A DNA stretch of 64,000 nucleotides, from assembly GCA_963710605.1 (NCBI GenBank), contig CAVQBA010000006.1:672001-736000 (forward strand), written 5' to 3'. Source of the DNA: an uncultured cyanobacterium. GTDB taxonomy: Bacteria; Cyanobacteriota; Cyanobacteriia; Cyanobacteriales; Cyanobacteriaceae. Numbering within the stretch: position 1 is the stretch's first letter; each line of letters opens with the position of its first letter. The translations under genes were made by a program, and so were the position numbers. Shown here piece by piece: positions 1-11,431 of this stretch. The notes beneath the pieces were generated by a model, which saw nothing but the letters and a program-made list of their open reading frames with translations, was not told where the DNA came from and did not search any database.

Positions 1-27
1 AAGTAATTAGAAAACTAAAATTTCAGG

Positions 28-384
28 CTAATCGATTATTTCGCCAGTTTTCTTTAATTTTCTTACTTTTTTACCATCCTCTTGGATGACATAGCTAATG
101 CGACTGGCAACTTTTTCTTTCTCAGAATAAAGCATGACGTTAGAACTGTGGATAGGAGCTTCAAATGTTGCAATTTGTCCGCTTTCTCCATCTTGAGTTG
201 GTTTAACGTGCTTGGTTTTAACGTTTACACCTTTAACAATAATTTTACTGTCACGAGGGTTAGTACTTAATACTTCAGCAACTTTACCTTTGTCTTTTCC
301 GGAAATGACCTGCACTGTGTCACCTTTTTTAACGTGCATTTTCAATCTAGCGATCTTGGTTGGGGCTTTTTTTAATGCTCTCAT
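28..384 (-). CDS. rplX: 50S ribosomal protein L24
   Basis: [21 protein letters not shown] motif; [10 protein letters not shown]; follows rplN. Confidence 0.97.
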   Translation of the reverse strand: MRALKKAPTKIARLKMHVKKGDTVQVISGKDKGKVAEVLSTNPRDSKIIVKGVNVKTKHVKPTQDGESGQIATFEAPIHSSNVMLYSEKEKVASRISYVIQEDGKKVRKLKKTGEIID

Positions 385-387
385 GTT

Positions 388-756
388 TTAAATTACCTCT
401 GGTGCTAGAGAAATAATTTTTGTGAAATTTCTGTCCCGTAACTCACGAGCTATTGGGCCAAATACACGAGTTCCTCTAGGGTTGTTATCTTTATTGATGA
501 TTACAGCTGCGTTGTCATCAAAACGAATACTCATACCACTGTCACGGCGTAGAGCTTGTTTTGTCCGAACAATTACTGCTCTGACTATCTCAGATTTCTT
601 AACTGTCATATTGGGGTTAGCTTCTTTAACTACGGCGACAATTACATCACCGATCCCGCCGTATGTACAGTTTCCAGTAGATAAGACTCGCAAACACATA
701 ATTTTACGTGCACCACTGTTATCAGCTACATTGAGATAACTTTGTTGTTGAATCAT
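388..756 (-). CDS. rplN: 50S ribosomal protein L14
   Basis: [17 protein letters not shown]...FDDNAAV...RVFGP...SLAPEV. Confidence 0.98.
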   Translation of the reverse strand: MIQQQSYLNVADNSGARKIMCLRVLSTGNCTYGGIGDVIVAVVKEANPNMTVKKSEIVRAVIVRTKQALRRDSGMSIRFDDNAAVIINKDNNPRGTRVFGPIARELRDRNFTKIISLAPEVI

Positions 757-813
757 AGTCGTTAATTGGTTAGATGTGATGGGAAGTATGTGATCAATTT
801 TGAATTGAGCTGA

Positions 814-1062
814 CTAAATAGCTCGACGACTAATAACCTCAGCTATTTCCCAACGTTTAGTTTTGCTAAGGGGACGAGTTTCTTTGATTCTGACACGATC
901 GCCTTCTTGACATTCATTTTCAGGATCGTGTGCTTTGTATTTTTTAGTATTGACAACGATTTTGCCATACTTAGGATGAGGTGAGCGGTTTTCGATCGCA
1001 ACTACTGCGGTTTTATCCATTTTGTTGCTAACTACTACACCGACTCTTTCTTTTACTGCCAT
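814..1062 (-). CDS. rpsQ: 30S ribosomal protein S17
   Basis: [11 protein letters not shown]...HPKYGK...[11 protein letters not shown]. Confidence 0.98.
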   Translation of the reverse strand: MAVKERVGVVVSNKMDKTAVVAIENRSPHPKYGKIVVNTKKYKAHDPENECQEGDRVRIKETRPLSKTKRWEIAEVISRRAI

Positions 1063-1106
1063 TGATTTTTACTTTAATTGATTGAGTATTAGTAAAAATT
1101 GCTTAA

Positions 1107-1307
1107 CTATTGTTTACTACGTTCGGTTTGAACTGTAAGTAGTTGGGCAATCCAACGCTTAGTATGTCTAAACTCATGAGGTTTTTCTAAGCGTCCAGTA
1201 CTTTGTTCGAGTCTTAATTGAAAAAGTTTTTGTTTAGCTTCGACAATCTCGGTAGCTAATTCTTGATCGTTTAATTCTCTTGCTTCTGCTATTTTTTTAA
1301 ACGCCAT
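1107..1307 (-). CDS. rpmC: 50S ribosomal protein L29
   Basis: 66 aa, LFQLR...LEKPHEF...IAQLLT; operon position. Confidence 0.95.
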   Translation of the reverse strand: MAFKKIAEARELNDQELATEIVEAKQKLFQLRLEQSTGRLEKPHEFRHTKRWIAQLLTVQTERSKQ

Positions 1308-1310
1308 TTT

Positions 1311-1727
1311 TTAGTACTCCTGCTCACGAGTGATAAATTTGGTTTTGATAGGAAGTTTTTGTGCCGCTAGACGCATTGCTTCTTTGGCTGTTGCTTCAGG
1401 AATACCCGCTATTTCAAACATGATACGACCTGGTTTAACAACTGCTACCCAAAATTCAGGATTACCTTTACCAGAACCCATCCGAGTTTCAGCAGGACGC
1501 ATTGTTACTGGTTTGTCGGGGAAAACACGAATCCAGAGTTTACCACCACGACGTACATAACGGGTGATAGCTCGTCTGGCGGCTTCAATTTGACGAGATG
1601 TAATCCAACAAGGTTCAATAGCTTGAAGGGCAAAATCACCGAAGTTGATAGTATTACCACGGTTGGCATTACCTCTCATTCTTCCCCGATGTTGTTTGCG
1701 GAATTTCGTTCTTCTTGGACTTAACAT
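1311..1727 (-). CDS. rplP: 50S ribosomal protein L16
   Basis: [15 protein letters not shown]...ETRMGSGKG. Confidence 0.98.
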   Translation of the reverse strand: MLSPRRTKFRKQHRGRMRGNANRGNTINFGDFALQAIEPCWITSRQIEAARRAITRYVRRGGKLWIRVFPDKPVTMRPAETRMGSGKGNPEFWVAVVKPGRIMFEIAGIPEATAKEAMRLAAQKLPIKTKFITREQEY

Positions 1728-1825
1728 AACAGTTAATAGTTAATAGTTAATAATTACTCTCTAATTAAAAATTATCTTTGAGTTATGAAAAACTAATTTT
1801 CAATTCTCAATTGAACAATTCTTAA

Positions 1826-2548
1826 TTATTCTGAGCGATCTTCAAATTTTTGACGACGAGGTTTTTTCCTTGCGGGTTTACTACGATTATCAGTAACTGG
1901 TAATGATTCTTCCCCAGGAATAATTTCCCCTTGGAAAATCCAGACTTTGATGCCTAAAATTCCATAAATAGTTTTAGCTTTTTTGTAGCTATAATCAATG
2001 TCTGCTCTCAGGGTATGAAGAGGTACACGACCTTCTCTAATCCACTCTGTACGAGCAATTTCAGCACCGTTAAGACGACCACTTACTTGAATTTTAATTC
2101 CTAATACTTCTGCTTTTTGAGCTCTTTGGATAGCTTGTCTGACTACACGACGGAAAGAAACACGTCTTTCTAGTTGTGAAGCAATAAACTCAGCCATAAG
2201 AGCGGCATTAGCATCAACATTAGTTACTTCAATTACATTGACTCTAAAGGAGCGTTGATTTTGTAATAGTGTTTGTAAATCTTCACGTATTTTTTCGATT
2301 CCCGATCCACCTTTACCTACAACCACACCAGGTCTAGCTGTATGAATAGAGAGTTCTACTTGATCTGCTTTTCTGGCAATTTTGACTTCAGCAATACTAG
2401 CGTTTGCTAAGTTTTTTTCAATATATTGACGGATTTTGTGATCTTCTTGAAGAATTTGTGGATAGTTTTTCTTATCAGCAAACCAACAGGATAAATGATC
2501 CTTGGTATAACCGAGACGAAAACCGACTGGATGTACTTTTTGTCCCAT
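1826..2548 (-). CDS. rpsC: 30S ribosomal protein S3
   Basis: [13 protein letters not shown]...[10 protein letters not shown]...[12 protein letters not shown]. Confidence 0.98.
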   Translation of the reverse strand: MGQKVHPVGFRLGYTKDHLSCWFADKKNYPQILQEDHKIRQYIEKNLANASIAEVKIARKADQVELSIHTARPGVVVGKGGSGIEKIREDLQTLLQNQRSFRVNVIEVTNVDANAALMAEFIASQLERRVSFRRVVRQAIQRAQKAEVLGIKIQVSGRLNGAEIARTEWIREGRVPLHTLRADIDYSYKKAKTIYGILGIKVWIFQGEIIPGEESLPVTDNRSKPARKKPRRQKFEDRSE

Positions 2549-2555
2549 ATTTTTT

Positions 2556-2945
2556 TTATTCAGGGTTGACTATGCTACTTGGAGCGACTGCCACTGTGAT
2601 ATGGCAAGTACGCTTACGAATTTGATAGGCACGACCTTGAGCTCTAGGGCGGTAACGTTTTAAGGTTGGACCACCATCTGCAAAGGCTTGAGATACGACT
2701 AAGTCTTTACGATCGAGACCATTATTATGTTCGGCATTCGCTGCGGCTGAACGAAGTACTTTCACAATTGGCTCACAGGCACGATAGGGCATAAATTCGA
2801 GAACAATTAATGCTTCTGAGTAGCTACGCCCTCTGATTTGATTTAATACTCGTCTTGCTTTGAATGGTGACATTCTAATATAACGAGCAATTGCTTTTGT
2901 TTGTTGAGAGGTATCTACCTCTGTTTTTTGCTTTTGTTTTGCCAT
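2556..2945 (-). CDS. rplV: 50S ribosomal protein L22 (likely start ATG at 2945)
   Basis: [14 protein letters not shown]...[20 protein letters not shown]. Confidence 0.97.
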   Translation of the reverse strand: MAKQKQKTEVDTSQQTKAIARYIRMSPFKARRVLNQIRGRSYSEALIVLEFMPYRACEPIVKVLRSAAANAEHNNGLDRKDLVVSQAFADGGPTLKRYRPRAQGRAYQIRKRTCHITVAVAPSSIVNPE

Positions 2946-3057
2946 GATACTGATTGCAGTAATAAGTGATGGGCTGATGTTCAAATTTATTTATTCGTTA
3001 TAAGAAGATTGCCTAATTAATGTCAATCTTAAACTTGTGAATAGATTTGATCATCGT

Positions 3058-3339
3058 TTATCTTCTGCCAGCCTTTTTGTCACCTTTAGCATGACCTCTG
3101 AAAGTACGAGTTGGAGCAAATTCTCCTAACTTATGTCCTACCATTTGGTCTGTGATAAAGATAGGAACGTGCTGACGACCATTATGAACAGCAATAGTGT
3201 GACCGATCATATCAGGAATGATAGTGGAAGCTCTTGACCAGGTTTTTAAGACTGATTTATCTCCATTTTGATTCATTTTTTCAATTTTGGAGAATAAGCT
3301 ATCGGCTACAAATGGTCCTTTTTTTAGTGAACGACTCAT
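3058..3339 (-). CDS. rpsS: 30S ribosomal protein S19
   Basis: [11 protein letters not shown]...[11 protein letters not shown]. Confidence 0.98.
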   Translation of the reverse strand: MSRSLKKGPFVADSLFSKIEKMNQNGDKSVLKTWSRASTIIPDMIGHTIAVHNGRQHVPIFITDQMVGHKLGEFAPTRTFRGHAKGDKKAGRR

Positions 3340-3420
3340 GTTTTTTCCTTACTTTGTGTTGCGGTATAAAATTATCGAAGTATTAATTAAACTCTTTTTG
3401 ATTAAAAAATCAGTAAGAGC

Positions 3421-4263
3421 TTATCTGCCTTTATTGGCATTACGACGACGAACAATATACTTGTTACTAAGTTTTTTCTTTTTACGAGTTTTCTTACCTA
3501 ATGCAGGTTGACCCCAAGGAGAAACAGGTCCTGAACGACCGATAGGCGCACGTCCTTCACCACCACCATGAGGGTGATCGCAAGGGTTCATGGCACTACC
3601 TCTGACGTGAGGTCTGATACCTAAGTGACGGGTTTTTCCAGCTTTACCTAGTTTTAGGTTACGAGCTTCGATGTTACCGACACGACCAATTGTCGCCATA
3701 CATTCTTTACGAACCATGCGAACTTCTTTGGAGGGTAAACGAAGGGTGACATAGTTTCCTTCTTTTGCCATTAGTTGAGCGAAACCACCAGCAGCACGGA
3801 CGATTTGACCACCTTTACCTTTTACCATCTCCACGTTATGAACTTCTGTTCCTAAGGGGATTTTGGCTAGTGGTAAGGCGTTACCGATTTCAAATGGAGC
3901 TTCTTCACTAGCTATAATAGTGACACCTACTTGAATTCCTGCCGGGGCGAGAATATATCTTTTTTCGCCGTCTTCATATTGCAATAGGGCAATACGAGCG
4001 TTACGATTTGGATCATATTCGATCGCTAAAACTTCTGCGTTAATGTCTAATTTGTCTCGTTTAAAATCTATAATACGATATAGTTTTTTGTGACCACCAC
4101 CACGATGACGACTAGTAATGACACCACGGTTATTACGACCTTTTTTGCGGTGTACATATTTTGTCAGTGACTTTTCGGGTTTACTTTTGGTAATTTCTGA
4201 AAAGTCAGATGATACTGCTTGTCTTCGACCGGGGGTATATGGTCTGTAAGTACGAACACCCAT
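3421..4263 (-). CDS. rplB: 50S ribosomal protein L2
   Basis: [13 protein letters not shown]...[17 protein letters not shown]. Confidence 0.98.
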   Translation of the reverse strand: MGVRTYRPYTPGRRQAVSSDFSEITKSKPEKSLTKYVHRKKGRNNRGVITSRHRGGGHKKLYRIIDFKRDKLDINAEVLAIEYDPNRNARIALLQYEDGEKRYILAPAGIQVGVTIIASEEAPFEIGNALPLAKIPLGTEVHNVEMVKGKGGQIVRAAGGFAQLMAKEGNYVTLRLPSKEVRMVRKECMATIGRVGNIEARNLKLGKAGKTRHLGIRPHVRGSAMNPCDHPHGGGEGRAPIGRSGPVSPWGQPALGKKTRKKKKLSNKYIVRRRNANKGR

Positions 4264-4334
4264 AATTAAATTTGATAATTATTCAGTTGGCAATTAACAA
4301 TTCCCTTGATTTTAGAAATAATCTTGATGAAGGA

Positions 4335-4676
4335 TTATAAGTCAGGGAAGAATATGCTTTGTAAGGAATCACCTTCTGCTAAAGTAACGATCGCTTTTTT
4401 ATATTGAGATTTGTAACCAATGTATTGACCAACACGACGTTTTCTGCGTGGTTGATTCATTGTATTAACTTTAGTTACTTTGACCTCAAATAAGCTTTCG
4501 ATAGCGGCTCTAATTTCTGGTTTTTTAGCCGTTTTGACTACTTCAAACACATACTTATTTTCTTCCATCATATAGGTCGCTTTTTCAGAAACGATCGGAC
4601 GGAGAATAAGATCTGCTAGTTCACCTGTAGATTTTCTTACTTTAGTTGTTTTTCCGTATCTTGTATTACTCGCCAC
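4335..4676 (-). CDS. rplW: 50S ribosomal protein L23
   Basis: PIVSEKA...NKYVFEV...YKKAIVTL. Confidence 0.96.
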   Translation of the reverse strand: MASNTRYGKTTKVRKSTGELADLILRPIVSEKATYMMEENKYVFEVVKTAKKPEIRAAIESLFEVKVTKVNTMNQPRRKRRVGQYIGYKSQYKKAIVTLAEGDSLQSIFFPDL

Positions 4677-5305
4677 AGTAAACCTCCTGTATTTTAGTAA
4701 TTGCCTCAGAGGTAGCTACGATGTAATCAGCGTTTAAGATGTCATAAATATTTAAACAATCATGCTTAATTATTTTGACTGTCGGTAAATTACGAACAGA
4801 CAAGTTGAGGTTATCAGCAATAGGATCAGTTACAATTAAAAGTACTTTTTGTCCTTTTTCGATTCCCAAACGAGTAAATGCCGCTATCACTTCTTTTGTT
4901 TTAGGAGTAGATAGTTGTTCGGCAAAGTTTTCGACGACGATTAGATCTTCGCTACGGCTAATAAAAGCTGTTCTCAATGCTAATCTTCTCTCTTTACGGT
5001 TCATTTTGATGCTGAAATCTCTTGGTTTAGGAACCAAAGATGACACCACCACCACGCCATAAAGGAGAACGAATCGAACCTGCACGGGCTCTACCTGTTC
5101 CTTTTTGTCTCCAAGGTTTGCGTCCACCACCACGTACTTCAGCACGGGTTTTAGCACTAACTGTTCCTTGACGCTGATTATGTAGTTGACGAACTAAGGC
5201 ACGATGAACAATATGTTCAGCATTTTCTTCTTTAGCGACTTTCATCTCTAAAGAGGTTTCGCCTACTTGCTCTCCTTGCCAATTTTTGACTACACAATTA
5301 ACCAT
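4666..5305 (-). CDS. rplD: 50S ribosomal protein L4, split by an apparent +1 frameshift near 5032 (probable sequence error)
   Basis: [15 protein letters not shown]...GGGVIFG in one frame continues as [19 protein letters not shown] in the next; minus strand reads GGT-T-CCT where GGT CCT restores the frame. Confidence 0.95.
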
Positions 5306-5349
5306 AATGATTTTAATTAACTTTTATGTCTTATTTTTTCTTAGTTAAA

Positions 5350-6033
5350 TTACTGTTGCCCGACGATGGTTGCGGGGGTAACACTAACTAAATTTCCAGA
5401 CTTTCCGGGAATTGAACCTTTAACAATTAATAAATTACGCTCAGTGTCAATTCTGACAACTTTTAGTTTGCGAATTTTTGTTTGGGTATTACCGAATTGA
5501 CCTGCCATTTTCTTCCCTGGGTAAACACGACCAGGAGTAGTTCCTGCACCAGTTGAACCTGGTAAACGGTGGTTTTTAGAACCGTGAGTCATGTTACCTC
5601 TTTTGAAGTTATGACGTTTTTGGTAACCAGAGAAACCTTTACCGATCGATTTACCACCGATGTCAACTAAGTCTCCTTCTGAAAACAAACTAACGTTAAG
5701 ACTTTGTCCTAACTCATATTCGCTGACATTTTCTAGGCGATATTCTTTTAAATGACGCACAAGAGGAAGCCCTTTGTTGGATAAGTGTCCATACTCAGGG
5801 CTTGTCAGATATTTATTTACTTCTTTAGAAGTTTTTGTTTTCAAGGTACGTTGACGATCTGGTAGTTCGCTATAACCTATTTGCAAGGATACATAACCAT
5901 CGGTTTCTTTGGTTTTGATTTGAGTAACTGGACATGGACCTGCTTGAATGATAGTTACAGGAATTGCAACTCCTGTTTCTTGCTCAAAAATGGTCGTCAT
6001 GCCTAGTTTAGTACCGAGTAAACCTAAGCTCAC
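5350..6033 (-). CDS. rplC: 50S ribosomal protein L3 (likely GTG start at 6033)
   Basis: LGTKLGMT...[13 protein letters not shown]...[12 protein letters not shown]. Confidence 0.97.
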   Translation of the reverse strand: MSLGLLGTKLGMTTIFEQETGVAIPVTIIQAGPCPVTQIKTKETDGYVSLQIGYSELPDRQRTLKTKTSKEVNKYLTSPEYGHLSNKGLPLVRHLKEYRLENVSEYELGQSLNVSLFSEGDLVDIGGKSIGKGFSGYQKRHNFKRGNMTHGSKNHRLPGSTGAGTTPGRVYPGKKMAGQFGNTQTKIRKLKVVRIDTERNLLIVKGSIPGKSGNLVSVTPATIVGQQ

Positions 6034-6535
6034 GGGATTTATCCCTCTATAATTGCTAAACAACAGATCTTTACTTTGAGGGCAAATTTTATTTATTCCT
6101 CAAGGATTTGTCTGCACCATAAACAAGAGGTTATTAAACTTTGTTTATCTAATAACCATTGTTTTAGTTATTTTTTGATGCGAAGACTTGGACAATCGAC
6201 AATTAATTACTAGTTCTCATCATGTTGATTTAACTAGTACCAGCCACTAAATATCTCAATAGACTTAAGATTTAGAGTTGTTTTTCACCATCTCAGTTTC
6301 TTTGAGGGGCTATTTATTTTTTGTACTTTTCGTCACAAATAATCATTATATACTATTTGCTTAAAATTACGCAATAGTTTAATTTATTTTTTTATTATTT
6401 TATTCAATATTAGTCTTACGCCTTGCAATCAATTGCTAAGGCTAATAGAATTCGTTTAATAAATTAAACTATGAATAGGAAGGACTAAAGTCCTAATTAC
6501 GAGCATAACGATCTAATATTGATCGTCAAAAACTA

Positions 6536-7687
6536 TCAACTATTAACTGAATAAAGATCTCCTAAAACGACATCTTTTGTTGCACCTGTGACGGTGGGAA
6601 GATTACCGGGGTAGTTATGAATACGCCAATAAGCTAAAATAGCAAATGCGATCGCTTCTTTATACTCACTACTGATTTCCAGATCATCACTAACTAATAA
6701 TTTAGAGTTGGGTAGATAAGATTGTAAACGTTCTTTGAGATAACTATTGTAACTACCACCACCAGCTAGAATCACTTCATTGGGTATTGCTGGTAAAAAA
6801 CGATCGTAACTATCAGCAATAGAAGCGGCAGTAAATTCAGTCAAGGTAGCTAACCAATCAGCAGAAGATAGATGATAAGGTTGAGAATCTTGGGTTAGTT
6901 GAGCTAAGTATTCGTCACTAAATAATTCTCTACCTGTTGATTTTGGTGGCTGTAACAGGAAGAAATCTTGTTTTAACCATTTTTGGACTAATTCTTGGTT
7001 CGGTTTGCCCTGACGGCTAAAGTTACCGTTATTATCGTATTTTTGTTCGTTATTAGTTAGTCGTTGAATCGCTAGATCCATTAAAACATTTCCAGGTCCT
7101 GTATCCCAACCTAAAATTTTACTTTGCCATTTTTCGGTGCTAGTTGCAGGTAAATAAGTAGCGTTACCTATACCACCAATATTTTGTAAACAACGACTAT
7201 TGTCTGGTGTTGCATACAAACACAAATCAATTTTGGAGACTAAAGGTGCACCTTGTCCATAATGATTTATATCTGCCGCCCGAAAGTTATTGACTGTATC
7301 AATATGAGTTTGATGAGCAATTAAATCGCCTCTACCTAATTGTAAGCTATAGCCTAATCGATCGTCTTGGGGGGGTTGATGATAAACAGTTTGTCCGTGA
7401 GAGCCAATTAAATCTACTTCAATACCTGTGGGGATAGTATTTAAAGCGGCTTTGGCAAATTCAGTAGCGATCGCATTATCTAATTTAGTAAACTCTTCCA
7501 TAGATAAGGGTTTACCTGCACAAACTTCCAGAATATGCGATCGTAAATTAGAGGAATAAGTAAGAGTATTACCCGCAATCAATTCGACTTGTAAATCCAA
7601 ACCTTGACCTGTGATATCGACAACAGCAACATCAATTCCATCAACCGATGTCCCGCTCATTAAACCAACAACAATCATAATTTTCAA
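6536..7687 (-). CDS. anmK: anhydro-N-acetylmuramic acid kinase
   Basis: GLMSGTSVDGID, IGSHGQT, NIGGIGN, DTGPGN, KEAIAFA. Confidence 0.95.
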   Translation of the reverse strand: MKIMIVVGLMSGTSVDGIDVAVVDITGQGLDLQVELIAGNTLTYSSNLRSHILEVCAGKPLSMEEFTKLDNAIATEFAKAALNTIPTGIEVDLIGSHGQTVYHQPPQDDRLGYSLQLGRGDLIAHQTHIDTVNNFRAADINHYGQGAPLVSKIDLCLYATPDNSRCLQNIGGIGNATYLPATSTEKWQSKILGWDTGPGNVLMDLAIQRLTNNEQKYDNNGNFSRQGKPNQELVQKWLKQDFFLLQPPKSTGRELFSDEYLAQLTQDSQPYHLSSADWLATLTEFTAASIADSYDRFLPAIPNEVILAGGGSYNSYLKERLQSYLPNSKLLVSDDLEISSEYKEAIAFAILAYWRIHNYPGNLPTVTGATKDVVLGDLYSVNS

Positions 7688-7884
7688 TTATATTCTGCTT
7701 AAAAAAATCGATCTTTAAACTAGAATGCGATAGTAATTAGAATAATTATAGTCCGCTCGAAAAATAATTAATTGAATAACTTAAGGTGATACATAAAAAT
7801 TGACAGTTAATGATAACTTTTTGAGACAAAATGTAATTAAACAAATATATCTAACTATCAGCTATTAATTATTAAATAAAAGTC

Positions 7885-8457
7885 ATGTCAGATCTTGAAA
7901 ATTTAAGATTACCTGAATCTCATTTTAATATTTTACAAATTTTAAGTGCTTTAGCATGGGCAGATGGAGATTTAAGCCAAAAAGAAATCAAAATCTTATT
8001 AGAAGAGTTTAAAGAAGATTTACCAGTCGAACCTCAGGCTATATCATTAATAGATAACACGGGAATAGCTAATTTAAATCTTGAGCAAGAAGCATTTGCC
8101 TTCGAGCAAATGGAAAAGAGAATTAATGCTGAATTAGCTTTTCAACAAATTATTGAGAATTATCATCAAAATCCTATTCCTTTGACTGATTTGGTTTCTA
8201 AACTAAAGACTAGCGAAGATCGTAGTTTAACTGTTAAGTTGGCTTATATGCTGATTTGTGTAAGCTATGACTCTAAAACACAGACAATTCCATTAGTTGA
8301 AAAAGCTCTTTATCGTGAATTAATTCAACTTCTAAATTTGGATAACAATTTAGTTAAAGAAATTGAATGGGAGGCGAAAAAAGAATTAGATGAGTTTCAA
8401 CATCCTTTTAAAGCATTCATAACTAGTATTGGAAATATTTTAAACACAAAAATTTAA
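7885..8457 (+). CDS. TerB-like protein
   Basis: ALAWADGDLSQKE resembles the TerB-family motif. Confidence 0.6.
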   Translation: MSDLENLRLPESHFNILQILSALAWADGDLSQKEIKILLEEFKEDLPVEPQAISLIDNTGIANLNLEQEAFAFEQMEKRINAELAFQQIIENYHQNPIPLTDLVSKLKTSEDRSLTVKLAYMLICVSYDSKTQTIPLVEKALYRELIQLLNLDNNLVKEIEWEAKKELDEFQHPFKAFITSIGNILNTKI

Positions 8458-8577
8458 GCTCGATTGATTTAGCTAGTTATTAAAAGTAGATTAAGAAAGT
8501 CAAATAGGCTTTTGTTGTCAAGTTGGTGTGTTTCTTGTATGCTAAAATTTGAGTGTTTTTTAGGCAAAAAGGTTGAG

Positions 8578-9054
8578 ATGGGTATTACTGTTGAAGTTAG
8601 TCAAGAACAAATCGATCGATTAGATTTATCTAGTGTCTCGACAACGATTGAAGAATTAAGCCAAAGAGGAGAAATTACGACATTAGAGCAACAGCTTAGT
8701 TTTAATATCGATTATAAAACTAGTGAAACCGATCCGCGTGAATTATCAGAAATTCCTGAAGTTAGACTTTGGTTTATCGCTTTAGATAGTCATTATCCTT
8801 GGTTACCGTTTTGTCTTAACTGGAGAGAAGGAGAGTTAGCTAGATACGCCGCCATGCTAGTTCCACATCAGTTCAATCGTACTGAGGGAATTCAATATAA
8901 TAGTGAGGCATTAGATATTTTTATCATGCAAAAAACTTTTATTTTGAATAATTGGCTAAAACAACAGAATATGAAAAGTAATTCCCGTCTTAAAGCTATG
9001 GCACAAATTTTTGGTTATGATTTGCAAGGTGATTTTCTTGATTTATTACCATAA
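8578..9054 (+). CDS. CRR6-family NDH-1 (NdhI) maturation factor, DUF1817
   Basis: DPRELSEIPEVRLWF...YPWLP...YAAMLVPHQF. Confidence 0.9.
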   Translation: MGITVEVSQEQIDRLDLSSVSTTIEELSQRGEITTLEQQLSFNIDYKTSETDPRELSEIPEVRLWFIALDSHYPWLPFCLNWREGELARYAAMLVPHQFNRTEGIQYNSEALDIFIMQKTFILNNWLKQQNMKSNSRLKAMAQIFGYDLQGDFLDLLP

Positions 9055-9254
9055 TAAATTTTAGTTGATTATGTTTTAATCTCTATTTAGTTCGGCAATT
9101 TGTTCTCAAAAATTATCAAATCACTCAAATTATTTTTTGTTATATTTATTGATTACTATTACTTAGTTTGAAACTATTTTCTTTCCTAGTCAGTCTATTT
9201 ATCTAAACATAATTTTAATCGAATCTAATAATCAAGTTTTTTTAGGATAATTAT

Positions 9255-9992
9255 ATGAAGAGCGGTAAATTTAGTTTATCAAATTTAAGTTTTTTAATTA
9301 TTTCCACGATCGTAATCTGTCTAACTTTAGCTTTTGGGTTTAATCCAGTTATGGCACAAGAACAAGTATTATCAACTTTAACAGTTACTGGGCAAGGAAT
9401 AGAAAGGATTCCTACTACTCTAACGCAGGTACAATTAGGAGTAGAAATTGAAAACAAGACAGCACAAGAAGTACAACAAGAAATTGCCGAGCGTACTTCA
9501 GCAGTGGTAGATTTACTTCGTCAACGTCAAGTGGAAAAATTAGAAACGACAGGAATTAATTTACGACCTAATTATAAATACGATGGTAATAATCAAAGAA
9601 GCTTAGTTGGCTATGTTGGCACAAACACAGTCAGTTTTCGACTTCCTACAGAGCAAGTCGGTAATATCTTAGACGAAGCAGTAAAAGTAGGTGCTACACG
9701 AATTGATAATATTAGTTTTACGGCTACGGATGAAGCTGTTAAAACAGCAAAAAAAGCGGCTTTAGCTCAAGCTACTGGAGACGCACAACAACAAGCTGAT
9801 GCTGTTTTAGATAGTTTAAATTTAAATGCTAAAAAAATTATCAGTATTCAACTCGATCGAGCCAATCCTCCTCAACCTGTAGTTGTTCGAGAACAAGCTT
9901 TATCCTCACGGACAGCTAACGATGCGGTAACTCCTGTCATTGGTGGTGAGCAAACGGTTCGTGCTTCTGTTACTTTACAAATTACTTATTAA
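9255..9992 (+). CDS. SIMPL/DUF541 exported protein
   Basis: signal peptide; TLTVTGQG; GEQTVRASVTL C-terminus. Confidence 0.85.
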   Translation: MKSGKFSLSNLSFLIISTIVICLTLAFGFNPVMAQEQVLSTLTVTGQGIERIPTTLTQVQLGVEIENKTAQEVQQEIAERTSAVVDLLRQRQVEKLETTGINLRPNYKYDGNNQRSLVGYVGTNTVSFRLPTEQVGNILDEAVKVGATRIDNISFTATDEAVKTAKKAALAQATGDAQQQADAVLDSLNLNAKKIISIQLDRANPPQPVVVREQALSSRTANDAVTPVIGGEQTVRASVTLQITY

Positions 9993-10136
9993 AGTTTTTT
10001 ATTGATTAATCGATGTGAGATTAACATTTATCTGTGGAGTAATTAATTCGATCGATATTTATTAGTAGAATTTGATACCTAAATATTAGATAATGTAAAA
10101 TTATTGTTCATTTATTTATCAATACTAATAGTTATT

Positions 10137-10601
10137 ATGCCTTTACCTAGTAATCTTAAAACTATTGACGGTACTAGCTTAGCTAGTTCAGAAATAGAAG
10201 ACAAAGTTGTTTTATTTGTTAACGTCGCTAGCCAGTGTGGTTTAACACCTCAATATTCTGGTTTGGTGGAATTAGAAAAAAAATACAGTGACAAGGGATT
10301 GAAAGTTGTTGGCGTGCCTTGTAATCAGTTTGGCGCACAAGAGCCGGGAAGTCCAGAAGAAATTAAAGAATTTGCTAAAAGTAAATATGATGCTGATTTT
10401 ACTTTACTAGAAAAACAAGATGTAAATGGGGCAAATCGTAGCCCTCTTTATCAATTTTTAGTTGATGATGGTAGCGATATTGGTTGGAATTTTGGTAAAT
10501 TTGTTGTTGGGCGTGATGGCGAAGTGGCAGAGCGTTTTGAGCCTAAAGTTGCACCTGATGATGCTGATTTAATTGCCGCTATTGAAAAAGCTTTAGGTTA
10601 A
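10137..10601 (+). CDS. glutathione peroxidase family protein
   Basis: VNVASQCGLTPQY, PCNQFGAQEPG, WNFGKF. Confidence 0.93.
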   Translation: MPLPSNLKTIDGTSLASSEIEDKVVLFVNVASQCGLTPQYSGLVELEKKYSDKGLKVVGVPCNQFGAQEPGSPEEIKEFAKSKYDADFTLLEKQDVNGANRSPLYQFLVDDGSDIGWNFGKFVVGRDGEVAERFEPKVAPDDADLIAAIEKALG

Positions 10602-10684
10602 TTTATTGATTTAATGTGAAGTAGAGATTAATAGTCTCTACTTATGCCTGAGAAACGATCGATGTAAGACTATAATTTGCTTAT

Positions 10685-10843
10685 TGTCTGTATCAGGATT
10701 AAACAGGATTGGTAGATTAACAGGATGTTTTGTTTTTAATTAGTTCGTTATTATCGAAATTATCCTACCATTCACAATACAAACTGATACACTATTAACA
10801 ATCATCCTACAATTGGTTAATTCTCTAAATTCTGATACTGATA
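10685..10843. repeat. ~158-bp element A with CAGGATT/AATCCT-type inverted arms, 3' of GxxExxY
   Basis: colinear with 11267-11424 by eye; imperfect inverted ends. Confidence 0.75.
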
Positions 10844-10853
10844 AGTAAGTTAA

Positions 10854-11228
10854 TTAATTATATTTGCGATTAAAAATCTTTTTATATTGCAAACTATTAC
10901 TACCAAAATTAATTAATAAGCCGATCGGAAAATCATAAGCAACGACATAATTTTTTGCTTGGGCTAAATGTACATTTTCTAAATTAATTACCGCTTTAAG
11001 TTCAACAATTATTTTATTCTCTACAACAAAATCTGCTCGTCTTGTGCCTACTTGTGTACCTTCATAAAAGATAGCTTGTTCTTTTTCTCTTTCATAAGTT
11101 AGATCACTTTTTTGAAATTCGATCGCTAAACATCTTTGATAAATTACTTCTTGAAAACCATTACCAAGAGTGTTATGTATTCTCATTGAGCATCCTATTA
11201 CTTTGTAGGTGATGTCTTCTAATTTCAT
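10854..11228 (-). CDS. GxxExxY protein (PD-(D/E)XK-like nuclease fold)
   Basis: LGNGFQEVIYQRCL, RADFVVE, IVELKAV, GLLINFG. Confidence 0.93.
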   Translation of the reverse strand: MKLEDITYKVIGCSMRIHNTLGNGFQEVIYQRCLAIEFQKSDLTYEREKEQAIFYEGTQVGTRRADFVVENKIIVELKAVINLENVHLAQAKNYVVAYDFPIGLLINFGSNSLQYKKIFNRKYN

Positions 11229-11266
11229 TCACCCATTCATAATCTCTTATTTTTAAATAATTATAC

Positions 11267-11424
11267 TGTCTAGATCAGGATTAGACAGAATTATTTGATT
11301 AACAAGATTTTTCGTTTCTAATTTATTTATTATTATCAAAATAGTTCGATCGATTTATAATACAAACTAGAACATTATCAACAACAATCCTGAAATCCCT
11401 TAATCCTTAAAATCCTGATTTTAG
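11267..11424. repeat. ~158-bp element B, paralog of element A
   Basis: ATCAGGATT...AATCCTGATT inverted ends; colinear with A. Confidence 0.75.
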
Positions 11425-11431
11425 GGGGGAA

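Noticed and set aside
4666-5305. Programmed frameshifting or true pseudogenisation of rplD, hemE, fabD, pdhA and typA
   Set aside because: No slippery sequences are present, most of the genes are essential, and the lesions cluster on methylation-type motifs, so artefact is more likely.
6034-6535. Absence of rpsJ before rplC
   Set aside because: Normal in cyanobacteria, where rpsJ follows tuf.
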